From: Alphaproteobacteria bacterium
Lineage (GTDB): Bacteria > Pseudomonadota > Alphaproteobacteria > SP197
Assembly (NCBI GenBank): GCA_965228895.1
Contig: OZ245842.1
Location: 928,001-992,000 of the forward strand
Length of the DNA: 64,000 nt
Direction: 5' to 3'
A program made the position numbers and the translations under genes. This document shows, piece after piece, positions 26,155 to 35,896 of the stretch. Below the pieces are notes generated by a model. It did not search any database. It was not told the origin of the DNA and saw nothing but the letters and a program-made list of their open reading frames with translations. Position 1 is the first letter of the stretch, and every line of letters starts with the position of its first letter.

Positions 26155-26904
26155 ATGACGAAACCGACAGCCGAAGACTGGTACGCAATGGAGCGGCTCA
26201 GCGATGATGTAACGCTGATCTGGGAACCCCATATCGATCCCGGCATCCGCTGCAACATGTGGCATGTTAGAGGCCGCGACCGCGATCTCTTGATCGATTC
26301 GGGATTGGGCGTGGCACCGCTGCGCCAGAGCATTGCCTTGCTGACCGAGCGGCCGATCTGGTGCCTTGGCACCCATAGTCACTTTGATCATGTCGGTGCC
26401 CATCACGAGTTTGACGAACGCATCATGCACGGCTCGGAGGTCGAGATCATGACGGCGCCGACGCGCGAAAACATGGTGATCGACAAGTATGTCACCGTCG
26501 ATATTTTCACCGCCTTCCCCTATGACGGCTTCGATGTCGACTCATACGTTGTAAAGGCCGCGCCGCCGACGCGGCTGGTCGACGAGGGCGACGTCATCGA
26601 TCTGGGCGAGCGTGTCTTCGACGTGCTTTACCTGCCGGGTCACTCGCTCGGCGAACTGGGGCTTTTTGAGCGGGAGACCGGCATCTTTTTTTCCGGCGAC
26701 TGCATCTACGACGGTTCGCTCATTGACGACGGTTCCGATTCGAACCCGGACGACTATGTCGAGAGCATGGAGCGGGTCAAGGAACTGCCCGTCACTGTCT
26801 GCCACGGTGGGCATTACGCAAGCATCGGTCGCGACCGCATGATCGAGATCGCCGATGACTACATCGCCGGCCGCCGCAAGGCCGGTTGTCCGGCGGCTCG
26901 CTAG
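26155..26904 (+). CDS. Metallo-beta-lactamase-fold hydrolase
   Basis: THSHFDHVG, PGHS, FSGD, HGGH motifs. Confidence 0.9.
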   Translation: MTKPTAEDWYAMERLSDDVTLIWEPHIDPGIRCNMWHVRGRDRDLLIDSGLGVAPLRQSIALLTERPIWCLGTHSHFDHVGAHHEFDERIMHGSEVEIMTAPTRENMVIDKYVTVDIFTAFPYDGFDVDSYVVKAAPPTRLVDEGDVIDLGERVFDVLYLPGHSLGELGLFERETGIFFSGDCIYDGSLIDDGSDSNPDDYVESMERVKELPVTVCHGGHYASIGRDRMIEIADDYIAGRRKAGCPAAR

Positions 26905-26929
26905 GTCCGAACCGCGGAGAACGCTCGGT

Positions 26930-27727
26930 TTACTCCGCCAGGACGGCTTCGGGATGACAGCTTTCCAGGCGGCCTAGTGCCTGCTGCAGCACTTCCGCCA
27001 AAAGCGCGGCCCATTGTTGTTGGCCCCGGCTGTCGGTGATCAGGTCCTGGCGGATCTCGAACTCGATGTGGGGTATGCCCCGCTCCTCGCCGTGCACGGG
27101 AATGCCGTAGTCAGAATCGTCGGAAATCGCATAGGGCTCGTTGTCACCGACAACCACGTCATGTTCGACAAGTACGTCATGCAGGATGGCCGCCAGCCGG
27201 TCGTCGCGGTTATAGAGTAGGCCGATGTGCCACGGCCTCTCTTTGCCATGGAAGACCGGCGTGAAACTGTGCATGGCGATCAGCACGTTGGGGCGACCCT
27301 TTCTCTGACGGTGATCCATCAGGTCGACGATCCTGTCATGGTAGGGCGCGTGGATTTCCCTTTCACGTGCGCTGACGTGATCGTCATGCAGGTCCATGTT
27401 GCCGGGGATCTCGGTCGACTCGCTGAGCTCGGCGACGAAACTCGGCATGTTTCGTTTGCGGTTACAGTCGACCACCAGGCGCGAATACACCTGTTCGACG
27501 AGGGGTGCGTCGAGCCGGGCCGAGAGATGCACGGACGTCTCGAGCGCGCCGATATCCCAGGCGATATGGCGCTCGAGCTCGTGGGCCGGCAGGCCGAGAT
27601 CGCCGAGCTTGCGGGGAATGCGTTTGCCCGCGTGGTCGCATGTCAGGAAGAACGGCGAGGAACCGTCCTCGCGGTGGACGCGGACCGGATGTGGTTCGTC
27701 GTGATCAAGAATGACGATCTTGGACAT
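26930..27727 (-). CDS. N-formylglutamate amidohydrolase family protein
   Basis: TCDHAG, HIAWDIGA, YSRLVVDCNR, MHSFTP, GDNEPY, EIRQDLI. Confidence 0.92.
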   Translation of the reverse strand: MSKIVILDHDEPHPVRVHREDGSSPFFLTCDHAGKRIPRKLGDLGLPAHELERHIAWDIGALETSVHLSARLDAPLVEQVYSRLVVDCNRKRNMPSFVAELSESTEIPGNMDLHDDHVSAREREIHAPYHDRIVDLMDHRQRKGRPNVLIAMHSFTPVFHGKERPWHIGLLYNRDDRLAAILHDVLVEHDVVVGDNEPYAISDDSDYGIPVHGEERGIPHIEFEIRQDLITDSRGQQQWAALLAEVLQQALGRLESCHPEAVLAE

Positions 27728-27729
27728 GG

Positions 27730-29103
27730 TCAGGCAAACTCAAAGAAACGTTGCAGTTCGGCATCGGTAACGAGACCGCGAAAGCTCGCCTCGTGGGAGG
27801 CGCGCGACTGTGCGTAGAAGTCGACGAAGGCGTCGCCGAACAAGGCGCGGGCCGCTTCCGATGAGCCGAAGCGATCGATGGCTTCGGTGAACGTGGCCGG
27901 GAACCTTAGGTGTTCCGGGACATCCTGGGCATAGATGTTGCCGACGCTGGGCTCGCTCGGTTCGAGCGCGTGTTCGATGCCCCACAGGCCGGCGCCCAGC
28001 AGGCAGGCCATCGAGAGATAGGGGTTGGCATCGGCGCCCGGCGTGCGGCATTCGATTCGTTGCGATAACGGCGCGCCGGGAATGACGCGCATGGCGCAGG
28101 TGCGGTTCTCGAAACCCCAGGTCGCGGCTATCGGCGAAAAGATGCCGGGCTGGTATCGTTTGAACGAATTGATGTTGGGCCCCAGCATCAACAGCAGTTC
28201 GGGCATCAGGGCCTGCATGCCGGCGACGAAGTGGCGCATGGTCTGGCTCATGCCCCGTTCCGCATCGGGGTCGTGAAACACCGGCTCGCCGTCGCTGCCG
28301 CGCAGCGAGATATGAATGTGGCCGCTTTGGCCGTCCGCATCGTTGGTCCAACGCGCCATAAAGGTTATGAGCTGGCCTTGCCGCTGCGCATAGGCCTTGG
28401 CGAACGTCTTGAAGATCACCGCGTTGTCGGCGGCCTGGATGCCTTCCTGATAACGCAGGGCGGCTTCCATGAAACCCGGGCCCATTTCCTCGTGGACCGA
28501 TTCGACGGGCAGGCGCATGGCGCGACACATGTCCATCAGGCCGTTGTGGAACTCCGCCCGAACCTCCTGGCGCAACAACAGCTCATAGGCTTTGTGCGGT
28601 GAGCTGATCTCCAGGTTCTTGTAGCCCTTGTCGAAAGCGGATTTGGCGGTTTCGTCGAACAGGGTGAACTCAAGCTCGCAGGCGTGGAACGGCCGGAACC
28701 CCATGGTCGCGGCCTTATCGGCGACGCGGGCATAGACGGAACGCGGGCAGAAATCGGCGGTTTGGTCGGCGTAGGCGCCCAGAAAGAACAGGCTGCGATG
28801 CGGCGGCTCCCAGGGAATCTCGCGGCAGGTTTCGGGGATGAGCCTCACAATGTTGTCGTCAAAGCCGCTGCCGTCATCCGACAGACCGGTGACATCAAGG
28901 ATCACGTCGGTCGGATCGAGCGCGAAGGTGACGCCTGGTACCCCCATGCCGTTTTCGAACACGCCAAGCGCCTTGTCGCGCGAGATATATTTGCCGCGCA
29001 GAAAACCCTGCAGATCGGGCATGCCGACAACGATGTGATCGGTGTCGCGCTCCTCGATGAGTAGTCTGGCGTCGTCGACGCTTCGTATGTCGGCGGGCGT
29101 CAT
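27730..29103 (-). CDS. Glutamine-synthetase-like gamma-glutamylamide ligase (PuuA/GlxA-like)
   Basis: DLQGFLRGK, ELEF, HEEMGPG, SGHIHISL, NSFKRY, WGFENRT, RIECRTPGADANPY. Confidence 0.9.
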   Translation of the reverse strand: MTPADIRSVDDARLLIEERDTDHIVVGMPDLQGFLRGKYISRDKALGVFENGMGVPGVTFALDPTDVILDVTGLSDDGSGFDDNIVRLIPETCREIPWEPPHRSLFFLGAYADQTADFCPRSVYARVADKAATMGFRPFHACELEFTLFDETAKSAFDKGYKNLEISSPHKAYELLLRQEVRAEFHNGLMDMCRAMRLPVESVHEEMGPGFMEAALRYQEGIQAADNAVIFKTFAKAYAQRQGQLITFMARWTNDADGQSGHIHISLRGSDGEPVFHDPDAERGMSQTMRHFVAGMQALMPELLLMLGPNINSFKRYQPGIFSPIAATWGFENRTCAMRVIPGAPLSQRIECRTPGADANPYLSMACLLGAGLWGIEHALEPSEPSVGNIYAQDVPEHLRFPATFTEAIDRFGSSEAARALFGDAFVDFYAQSRASHEASFRGLVTDAELQRFFEFA

Positions 29104-29759
29104 TCAGTTTTCCTATTCTTTGAACGCGTCTTTTCCTGATGCTTCCCGCTGTCGGACGCCAGTTCAAGGAAACCGGGCCGTTTGCGGTCGGCGATGGTGT
29201 TGGACATCAAGATCATGGCCTGATCGCCACCATAAGACAGGTAGGCGTGGTCTAGCGAGCTGTCGAACTGCACACTGTCGCCGGGCTTGAGTATCGTTGG
29301 CTTGCGGCCCTCGATGTAGAACTTCACGCGGCCTTCGAGCACATAAAAGAACTCTTCGCCGGGATGGGAGTGGTAGGGACCAAAGTCGGCCAGCGTGCGG
29401 GCGCGCAACCGTACCTTCCAGAAGATGTTGCGCTGTGACGGCAGGTCGTCGTGCAGCACCTTGAAGTCGAGGGTGTCGACGATGTGCGAGTAGGGACCGC
29501 CGGCACGTGTAACTGACGTCGCGCCGGACTCTGCGCCGACATCGTTGATCAGGATCGACACCGGCATCTCGAAGGCGGCCGACAACCGGATCATATTGTC
29601 CAGATGCAGCCCGGTCTGGCCGTTCTCGAGCTTCGACAAGGTCGAAACGGAGATACCGCTGAGTGCTGAGATCTGCGCCAGCGTCATGCCGTGTTCGGCG
29701 CGCAACTGGCGTACCCGTTCGCCCAACGGCCGTGATTTCTTTCGTGCCTTCGACGTCAC
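29100..29759 (-). CDS. XRE-family HTH plus cupin transcriptional regulator (PuuR-like)
   Basis: LGERVRQLR...TLAQIS...SVSTLSKLENG; HPGEEFFYVLEG...GDSVQFDSSLDH. Confidence 0.92.
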   Translation of the reverse strand: MTSKARKKSRPLGERVRQLRAEHGMTLAQISALSGISVSTLSKLENGQTGLHLDNMIRLSAAFEMPVSILINDVGAESGATSVTRAGGPYSHIVDTLDFKVLHDDLPSQRNIFWKVRLRARTLADFGPYHSHPGEEFFYVLEGRVKFYIEGRKPTILKPGDSVQFDSSLDHAYLSYGGDQAMILMSNTIADRKRPGFLELASDSGKHQEKTRSKNRKTE

Positions 29760-29799
29760 CTAACGATTGCCCCGCCGGCCAGAATTGATTCGCCGGAAA

Positions 29800-29816
29800 A
29801 ATTTTCGAAATCGAAA
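29800..29816. promoter_or_regulatory. Palindromic operator TTTCGA-N2-TCGAAA, copy 1
   Basis: AATTTTCGAAATCGAAA in the XRE/ABC divergent promoter; its reverse complement is identical to 38856-38872. Confidence 0.7.
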
Positions 29817-29956
29817 CATGATAATTGTGTTGGCAACCGAATCGAGTCAATAATCGATTCGGGGAGCGCGCCGGCACCGGAGGGCATCGTGGTGCGGCGC
29901 CTCGAGCGAAGAGAGCACTGTTGTTCCATCAGGCAACACTGACCCGGGGGAGAGAC

Positions 29957-31162
29957 ATGTCGAAGCCCAAAGACAACCATCCGACCAAGTCCGTTTACAA
30001 GCCCAAATCCAAAGCACTGTCGCGCCGTTCGGTTCTGAAGACTGGCGCGGCGGCCGCCGCGACCGCAGCGGTTGCCGCACCGCATGTGCGCAAGGCCGAG
30101 GCTGCGGATATGACCATCCGCATGCTGATCTGGCAGGACTACAACATCACCGACACGGTGAACGAGTTCGAAGAAAAGTACGATGTTTCCGTCTCGCCGT
30201 CCTTCTTTGACGGCAACTCCGAGGCCTTCAACAAGATGAAGGCGGGCGGCACGGAGGATTTCGATCTGGTCATGGCCGACGGGTTCTGGCCGCGCCTCTA
30301 CTACCGTGATGATCTGATCCAGCCGATGGACGATGCGCTGCTGCCGAACCTGGCCAACCTGTTCCCGGATTTCGCGCCGGGCGCCTATGACCTCCTGCAC
30401 GACAAACCCGGCGGGACGCGCATTGGCGTCAACAACTGCTGGGGCAGCTACGGCATCACGATGAACCTGGATCATATCGAGCCAGCGGATCGTGAGAGCC
30501 TCAACATCATGTTCGACGAGAAGTATGCCGGCCATCTGGCGACCGGCGCGCGCTTCGAGGAGAACATCGCCATGGCGGGCATCCTTGCCGCGACCCAGTT
30601 GGGCACGAAAGAGGATGAGCGTCCGGACGGCCAGCCGTTCAATCCCTATAAGCTGACCGACGCGGAACTGGAGCGCGCCAAGGAACTTCTGATCAAGCAG
30701 AAGGGCCTGCTCGTCACCCGCTATCAGGACTATGACTCCCTGCAGAAGCTGATGCGGCCCGGTCTGGTTTGGGCCTCGCCGGAGTTCTCGGAGATCTACC
30801 GTCGCCTGACCCGCGCCTATGAGGCCGGCGAGATCGATTTCCAGGTCGCCCACATGCTGCAGCCGGTCGAAGGCGGCTTGGGCTGGATCGACAGCTGGCA
30901 GATCAGCTCCGGCACCACCGACCCGGCCAAGGTCGAGATGTGCCATCACTGGGTCAACCACTACATCAGCAACGAGAGCATGCACCGGGTCGCGCTGAAG
31001 GGTGTGGCGCCATGCTTCGACGTGCGCGCCATGCTGCCGCCCGAAGAGGTCGACCTGCTGCTGATGGACCGCACAGTCGAGCTGCGCGGTCTGCACATGT
31101 TCGATCAGCCGTCGTCGCCCGAGAAGTGGGAGCGCGTCTGGTCTGAAGTCGAAGCGGCCTAG
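29957..31162 (+). CDS. PotD/PotF-like ABC transporter substrate-binding protein with Tat signal
   Basis: SRRSVLK twin-arginine motif; WQDY; FDLVMAD; P-EGGLGWIDSW. Confidence 0.9.
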   Translation: MSKPKDNHPTKSVYKPKSKALSRRSVLKTGAAAAATAAVAAPHVRKAEAADMTIRMLIWQDYNITDTVNEFEEKYDVSVSPSFFDGNSEAFNKMKAGGTEDFDLVMADGFWPRLYYRDDLIQPMDDALLPNLANLFPDFAPGAYDLLHDKPGGTRIGVNNCWGSYGITMNLDHIEPADRESLNIMFDEKYAGHLATGARFEENIAMAGILAATQLGTKEDERPDGQPFNPYKLTDAELERAKELLIKQKGLLVTRYQDYDSLQKLMRPGLVWASPEFSEIYRRLTRAYEAGEIDFQVAHMLQPVEGGLGWIDSWQISSGTTDPAKVEMCHHWVNHYISNESMHRVALKGVAPCFDVRAMLPPEEVDLLLMDRTVELRGLHMFDQPSSPEKWERVWSEVEAA

Positions 31163-31174
31163 AGCCTGTTGATC

Positions 31175-31204
31175 GGGGCCCGGCCGGATTTCCGGCCGGG
31201 TCCT
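31175..31204 (+). terminator. Stem-loop after the binding-protein gene (terminator or mRNA stabiliser)
   Basis: GGGGCCCGGCCGGA-TT-TCCGGCCGGGTCCT followed by TGTCTT. Confidence 0.55.
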
Positions 31205-31238
31205 TGTCTTCTCACCGAGTGTAGGCGACCGTACGCCC

Positions 31239-32327
31239 ATGTCCGAATTCGTTCTTGAACTCAGGAACGTCACCAAACGTTTTGGCAGTGTCACCGCTGC
31301 CGACTCGATCTCTCTGGGAATCGAGCAGGGCGAGTTCTTTGCGCTGCTCGGACCCAGCGGTTCGGGCAAGACCACCTTGTTGCGCATTATCGCCGGTTTG
31401 GAGATGCCGGATGAGGGCGCCGTCTTCATCAACGGCCAGGACGTCACGGGGTTGCCGCCTTATTCGCGCGGCGTCGGCATGGTGTTTCAAAACTTCCTGC
31501 TGTTCCCGCACAAGAAGGTCGGGGAAAACGTGGTCTTCCCTCTGCGTATGCAGGGCCGCAGCAAGGCCGAGCAGGACGAACGGTTGGCCTGGGCGCTGGA
31601 CCTCCTGCGCCTTGACGGCTTGGCCGATCGTTATCCCCATCAGCTCTCCGGCGGTCAACAGCAGCGCGTCGCGTTGGCCCGCGGCCTGATCGCGCGGCCT
31701 GCCTTGTTGTTGCTGGACGAGCCGCTCGCGAACCTCGACCGCGAGCTTAGGAAGGAAATGGAGGTCGAGGTCCGACGCTATCAGGTCGAACTCGACATTC
31801 CCTTCATCTATGTCACGCACAATCAGGAAGAAGCGCTGACCATGAGCGACCGCATCGCGGTGATGAGCGAGGGCCGGTTTGAGCAGGTGGCGCCAAAGCT
31901 TGAGGTCTATACCCATCCGACGAGCCGTTTTGTCGCCGGTTTCGTCGGGCACTCCAACCGCATGGCCGGCACCCTGCGCTCAAGTGAGGGCGGTTTGGCG
32001 GCCATCGATTGGGACGGTGTTGCGCTGAACGTGCCGCGCCCGGACGGTCTTGCCGACGGGACGGAGGTCGAGTGTTTCGTCAAATGCGAGAAGATGCGTA
32101 TCGTCCGCCCGGGCATGACACCGGTGCCGGAACCGGCGAACCGGCTGGGCGGCACGCTGCGCGATATCATCTTCAAGGGCACGACGGCCGACTATCTGGT
32201 CGGATTGGAGAACGGAGCCGAGCTGATGGTGAGCGAGGCGTCGCAGGATATCGACATCGCCCGCGACAAGCCTGTCGAGGTGACGTGGCCGGTCGCCGAC
32301 GGCGTTTGCTTCGCCAAGGAAGGCTGA
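31239..32327 (+). CDS. PotA-like ABC ATPase
   Basis: GPSGSGKT, LSGGQQQRVALAR, LLLDEP, VTHNQEEA, TOBE tail. Confidence 0.95.
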   Translation: MSEFVLELRNVTKRFGSVTAADSISLGIEQGEFFALLGPSGSGKTTLLRIIAGLEMPDEGAVFINGQDVTGLPPYSRGVGMVFQNFLLFPHKKVGENVVFPLRMQGRSKAEQDERLAWALDLLRLDGLADRYPHQLSGGQQQRVALARGLIARPALLLLDEPLANLDRELRKEMEVEVRRYQVELDIPFIYVTHNQEEALTMSDRIAVMSEGRFEQVAPKLEVYTHPTSRFVAGFVGHSNRMAGTLRSSEGGLAAIDWDGVALNVPRPDGLADGTEVECFVKCEKMRIVRPGMTPVPEPANRLGGTLRDIIFKGTTADYLVGLENGAELMVSEASQDIDIARDKPVEVTWPVADGVCFAKEG

Positions 32328-32332
32328 GCACG

Positions 32333-33223
32333 ATGGCGACGGCGGCAGGCGGCATACGCAAGAGACTGGGGCCTGAAGGCCGCTTCCTTTTGATGGCGCT
32401 GCCGGGCGCGCTCTTCATCATCTTCTTCCTGCTGCTGCCGATCCTCTCCATTTTTGTATTCAGTTTCTGGCGTACTGAAAGCTACACGCTGATCGCCGAC
32501 TGGAACCTCGACAACTACGGTGTCCTGTTTGGCCAAACCACGTACATGACGTTCCTCTTCAGGACCTTCATCACGGCGGTTCTGGTGTCGCTGTTCTGCC
32601 TCGTCTATGCGTGGCCGATCGCCTACTTCATCGCCAAACACGGCGACCGCTACAGGCTGTTGTTGATCCTAGCGCTGGCGGCGCCCTTCTTCACCGGCAT
32701 CATTCTGCGCGTGACCGGTATCCAGAGCGTCATGGGACCGGTCGGCATCGTCAATCTGGCCTTGATGAACATTGGGCTTCAGCCCGTTGAGTTCATCATG
32801 TTCACCCAGACGGCGGTTGGCATCGGCATCGTCTATCTCTTTATTCCGTTCATGGTGACGGCGATCTATCTGTCGCTTCTGAACTTTGATTTCGAGCTGC
32901 TGGAAGTCGCGAAGATCAACGGCGCCAAGCCGTGGCGCGCCTTCATCGAAATCACTTGGCCGCTGAATTGGATCGGCACGGTGATCGGCCTGGTCCTGGT
33001 CTTCGTGCCGGCGATGGCGGAATCCATCACGTCGCGTTTTTTGGGCGGCCCCAATGCCGCCTCCTTCGGGCAGATCCTGGGATTGCAGTTCGGCGAGACC
33101 GGAACATGGGCGCTGGGGTCCGCGATGGGCGTCTTGCTGTTCGTTGTCTCCTCGGCCGTCCTCTTCGCCATGTGGCTGACGGTGAACCTGCAGCGCAGCG
33201 GCTTTACCGGCAAGGAGGGCTGA
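32333..33223 (+). CDS. PotB-like ABC permease
   Basis: Multiple TM segments; EAA-like loop ELLEVAKINGAKPWRAF. Confidence 0.9.
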   Translation: MATAAGGIRKRLGPEGRFLLMALPGALFIIFFLLLPILSIFVFSFWRTESYTLIADWNLDNYGVLFGQTTYMTFLFRTFITAVLVSLFCLVYAWPIAYFIAKHGDRYRLLLILALAAPFFTGIILRVTGIQSVMGPVGIVNLALMNIGLQPVEFIMFTQTAVGIGIVYLFIPFMVTAIYLSLLNFDFELLEVAKINGAKPWRAFIEITWPLNWIGTVIGLVLVFVPAMAESITSRFLGGPNAASFGQILGLQFGETGTWALGSAMGVLLFVVSSAVLFAMWLTVNLQRSGFTGKEG

Positions 33224-33224
33224 G

Positions 33225-34043
33225 GTGATGAGAAGCCAGGCCGCCGGGCGGATCATGTTCAAAGGCAGTGCGGGGCTGTTGCTGGCGAGTCTTTATGCCT
33301 TTCTCTACGCGCCGATCCTCTATGTCATCTACACGTCCTTCAACAAGGACCTGATCTGGCCGTTCCCGCCGCAGTGGACGTTCAGCGCTTATACCGGGCT
33401 CGCCAAGGAAAGCACCTATCACGAGGCGTTGTGGAACAGCCTGCTTCTGGGCGTCGGCAGCGCCGTCATGTGCACGGTGCTGGCGACCATGGGCAGCATC
33501 AGCATCCTGAAGTACCGTTCGCGCTGGCGTGGCCTGATCGCGATCGCCTATCTGGCGCCCTTGTTCATCGCCGACCTGCTGGTCGGCATCTCGAGCCTGC
33601 TGTTCAACCGTCAGGTCCTGGACCTGCCCGGCAACATGGTCTCGGCGATGATCGCCAACGCGGTCCACGGCACGTCTTTCGCCTTCTTGATTATGCTCGC
33701 CCAACTGGCGCGTTATGACTGGAGGCTCGACGATGCCGCCATGGTGTTCGGCGCCAAACCGATCCGTTGTTTCTGGGAGGTCACGCTGCCGATCATCTGG
33801 CCGGCCATGCTGGGCGCCTTCATCATCAGCTTCATTCTGGCGTTCAACAATCTTGAGATTTCGTTCTACAACCTCGGCGCCATTCCGACATTGCCGACGC
33901 TGGCCTGGGGTTCGCTTCGTTTCGGCCTGGACGCCGAGCTCTATGCGCTGGCCGCGCTGGTCAACGGCGTCGTGCTGCTTGTCTTCACGGTGATGTATCT
34001 CTTGATGCGTTACCGCATCGTGAGCTTTGGCCATCGGGACTAG
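33225..34043 (+). CDS. PotC-like ABC permease
   Basis: FLYAPI; LDDAAMVFGAKP; FILAFN. Confidence 0.9.
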   Translation: MMRSQAAGRIMFKGSAGLLLASLYAFLYAPILYVIYTSFNKDLIWPFPPQWTFSAYTGLAKESTYHEALWNSLLLGVGSAVMCTVLATMGSISILKYRSRWRGLIAIAYLAPLFIADLLVGISSLLFNRQVLDLPGNMVSAMIANAVHGTSFAFLIMLAQLARYDWRLDDAAMVFGAKPIRCFWEVTLPIIWPAMLGAFIISFILAFNNLEISFYNLGAIPTLPTLAWGSLRFGLDAELYALAALVNGVVLLVFTVMYLLMRYRIVSFGHRD

Positions 34044-34124
34044 CTTGATGGCTCGCGCCACATGTAACCATCGATTGGCCGCCGCGCGCACATGCCGCTG
34101 TTATTGTTTGCGAGGAGAGTGGGT

Positions 34125-34874
34125 ATGAGTTTCAAAGGCAAGGTCGCGTTGGTGGCAGGCGCAGGCGGCGGCATGGGTCTGGCGACCGCCAGCGACCTGA
34201 TCCGCGAAGGCGCTCACGTCACCATGGTCGACCTCAAGGACGAACCCAACGACGTGCCGAGTGGGCCGGGCACGGCGCTTTTCCTTCAAGGCGATGTCAC
34301 GGACGAAGCGTTCGTCAAACAAGCCATCGACAAGACGATCGAGGCCCACGGCAAGCTGGATCATCTGGTCAACACCACCGGCGTCCTGTGGTTCGACCGT
34401 GACAAGTCCTGCACCCAGATGGACATGGATGTCTGGGACCGTGTCATGGCCATCAACCTTAAGTCGTTCGCGCTGACCGTGCGGCACGCGATCCCGGCCA
34501 TGAAAAGCAATGGCGGTGGTTCGATGGTCCACTTCGCCTCAACCGATGCGCTGCGTGGCGATAGCCAACCCCAGGACGCCTATGGCTGTTCCAAGGCGGC
34601 GGTCGTCAGGCTGTCGAAATCAATCGCGGTGCAGTTCGCCCGAGACGGCATCCGCTCCAACACGATCCTACCCGGCCCGGTTCACACGCCCATGCAGGCC
34701 CGTTGGGACGATAAGCCGGACGTGCAGGCCGCCGTCGCCGACTATGTACCGTTGGGGCGCATCGGCACGGCCCAGGACATGGCGAATGCCTGCCTCTTCC
34801 TGCTCTCCGACCGCGCCTCGTTCGTGACGGGAACCGAACTCATCGTCGACGGCGGGATCACGGCAACGCCCTGA
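34125..34874 (+). CDS. Short-chain dehydrogenase/reductase
   Basis: AGAGGGMG, YGCSK, PGP, VDGG. Confidence 0.92.
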   Translation: MSFKGKVALVAGAGGGMGLATASDLIREGAHVTMVDLKDEPNDVPSGPGTALFLQGDVTDEAFVKQAIDKTIEAHGKLDHLVNTTGVLWFDRDKSCTQMDMDVWDRVMAINLKSFALTVRHAIPAMKSNGGGSMVHFASTDALRGDSQPQDAYGCSKAAVVRLSKSIAVQFARDGIRSNTILPGPVHTPMQARWDDKPDVQAAVADYVPLGRIGTAQDMANACLFLLSDRASFVTGTELIVDGGITATP

Positions 34875-34958
34875 CCGACCGTCTGGCCGCCTGTTGTGCA
34901 TTGACCATCCGACCCGGTCGCCCTAACGATTCCATTCGGCCAACCCGGGAGGGCGATC

Positions 34959-35825
34959 ATGAAAACCACGCCGTTGCACGACAGGTTTGGGGTCGAGATC
35001 CACGACATCGACCTGAACGACATCACCGCCGAAGCCGGATATCCGAAAATCCGCGACGCCTTCGAAACCCATTCCCTCCTGCTGTTTCGCGATCAGAGCC
35101 TGGGCGACGATGCCCATCTGGCCTTCGGAGCCCTGTTCGGCCCTATCGAGAACCGCTCCAAAGGCGAGATCGTCGAACCGCGCATGTCGACCGTCACCAA
35201 TGTGCGCGGGGACGACACGGTCGCGGCAGAGCACGACAAACAGGTCCTGAATCTGAAGGCGAACCAGTTGTGGCATACCGACAGCACCTTTCTGCCGGTA
35301 CCGGCGCTCGCCAACATCATCGCGGCCCGTGTGGTGCCGTCAACGGGTGGTGAGACCGAACTGGTCTCGACGCGCGCCGCGTGGCGTGACATGCCTGAAG
35401 CGCTGAAGACGCGTGCGCGCGATAAGGTCTTGCACCATCGCTATGCCCATTCGCGCGCCAAGGTGTCGGCGGACCTGGCGGACGAGGAACTCTTCACGAT
35501 GTGGGAGGACCAGGCATGGCGCGCTCTGTGGCGCAATCCGGTGAACGGCGAGGACGCCGTCTATATCGCGTCCCACGCCTTCGCGGTACAAGGGCTGGAC
35601 AATGCCGAGGGCGAGGCGTTGATCGCCGAGCTGATCGCGTGGTGTACCCAGGACACCTATGTCTACAGCCACCGCTGGCAGTCTGGCGACGTCCTCGTAT
35701 GGGATGAGCGTGCGACGCTTCATCGCGGCATGCCGTGGCCCTATGAGGAACCGCGCACATTGGCGAGCATCTGCATTTCGGCGCGCGATGTGGACGGTCT
35801 TGATCGAATGCGGTCGGCCGCCTGA
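34959..35825 (+). CDS. TauD/TfdA-family Fe(II)/2-oxoglutarate dioxygenase
   Basis: WHTDS, GGET, WDERATLHR. Confidence 0.92.
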   Translation: MKTTPLHDRFGVEIHDIDLNDITAEAGYPKIRDAFETHSLLLFRDQSLGDDAHLAFGALFGPIENRSKGEIVEPRMSTVTNVRGDDTVAAEHDKQVLNLKANQLWHTDSTFLPVPALANIIAARVVPSTGGETELVSTRAAWRDMPEALKTRARDKVLHHRYAHSRAKVSADLADEELFTMWEDQAWRALWRNPVNGEDAVYIASHAFAVQGLDNAEGEALIAELIAWCTQDTYVYSHRWQSGDVLVWDERATLHRGMPWPYEEPRTLASICISARDVDGLDRMRSAA

Positions 35826-35896
35826 CGTCTCCGTGTCGTGACAAGACCTCAGGGCCACGCCATCATACGTGCCCTATAAGACGCAGTGGGTAGGTG

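Noticed and set aside
26155-26904. Beta-lactam resistance gene (also considered for 46706-47521)
   Set aside because: MBL fold only, with no signal peptide; the second is a recognisable 4-pyridoxolactonase
27730-29103. Housekeeping glutamine synthetase glnA
   Set aside because: Divergent sequence and catabolic context (XRE-cupin, amidohydrolase, amine ABC transporter) fit a gamma-glutamylamide ligase
29756-31447. 563-aa minus-strand ORF, and similar long antisense ORFs at 12997-14277, 16742-18427, 18946-20466 and 44515-45981
   Set aside because: Antisense shadows of well-supported genes in high-GC DNA; no recognisable motifs
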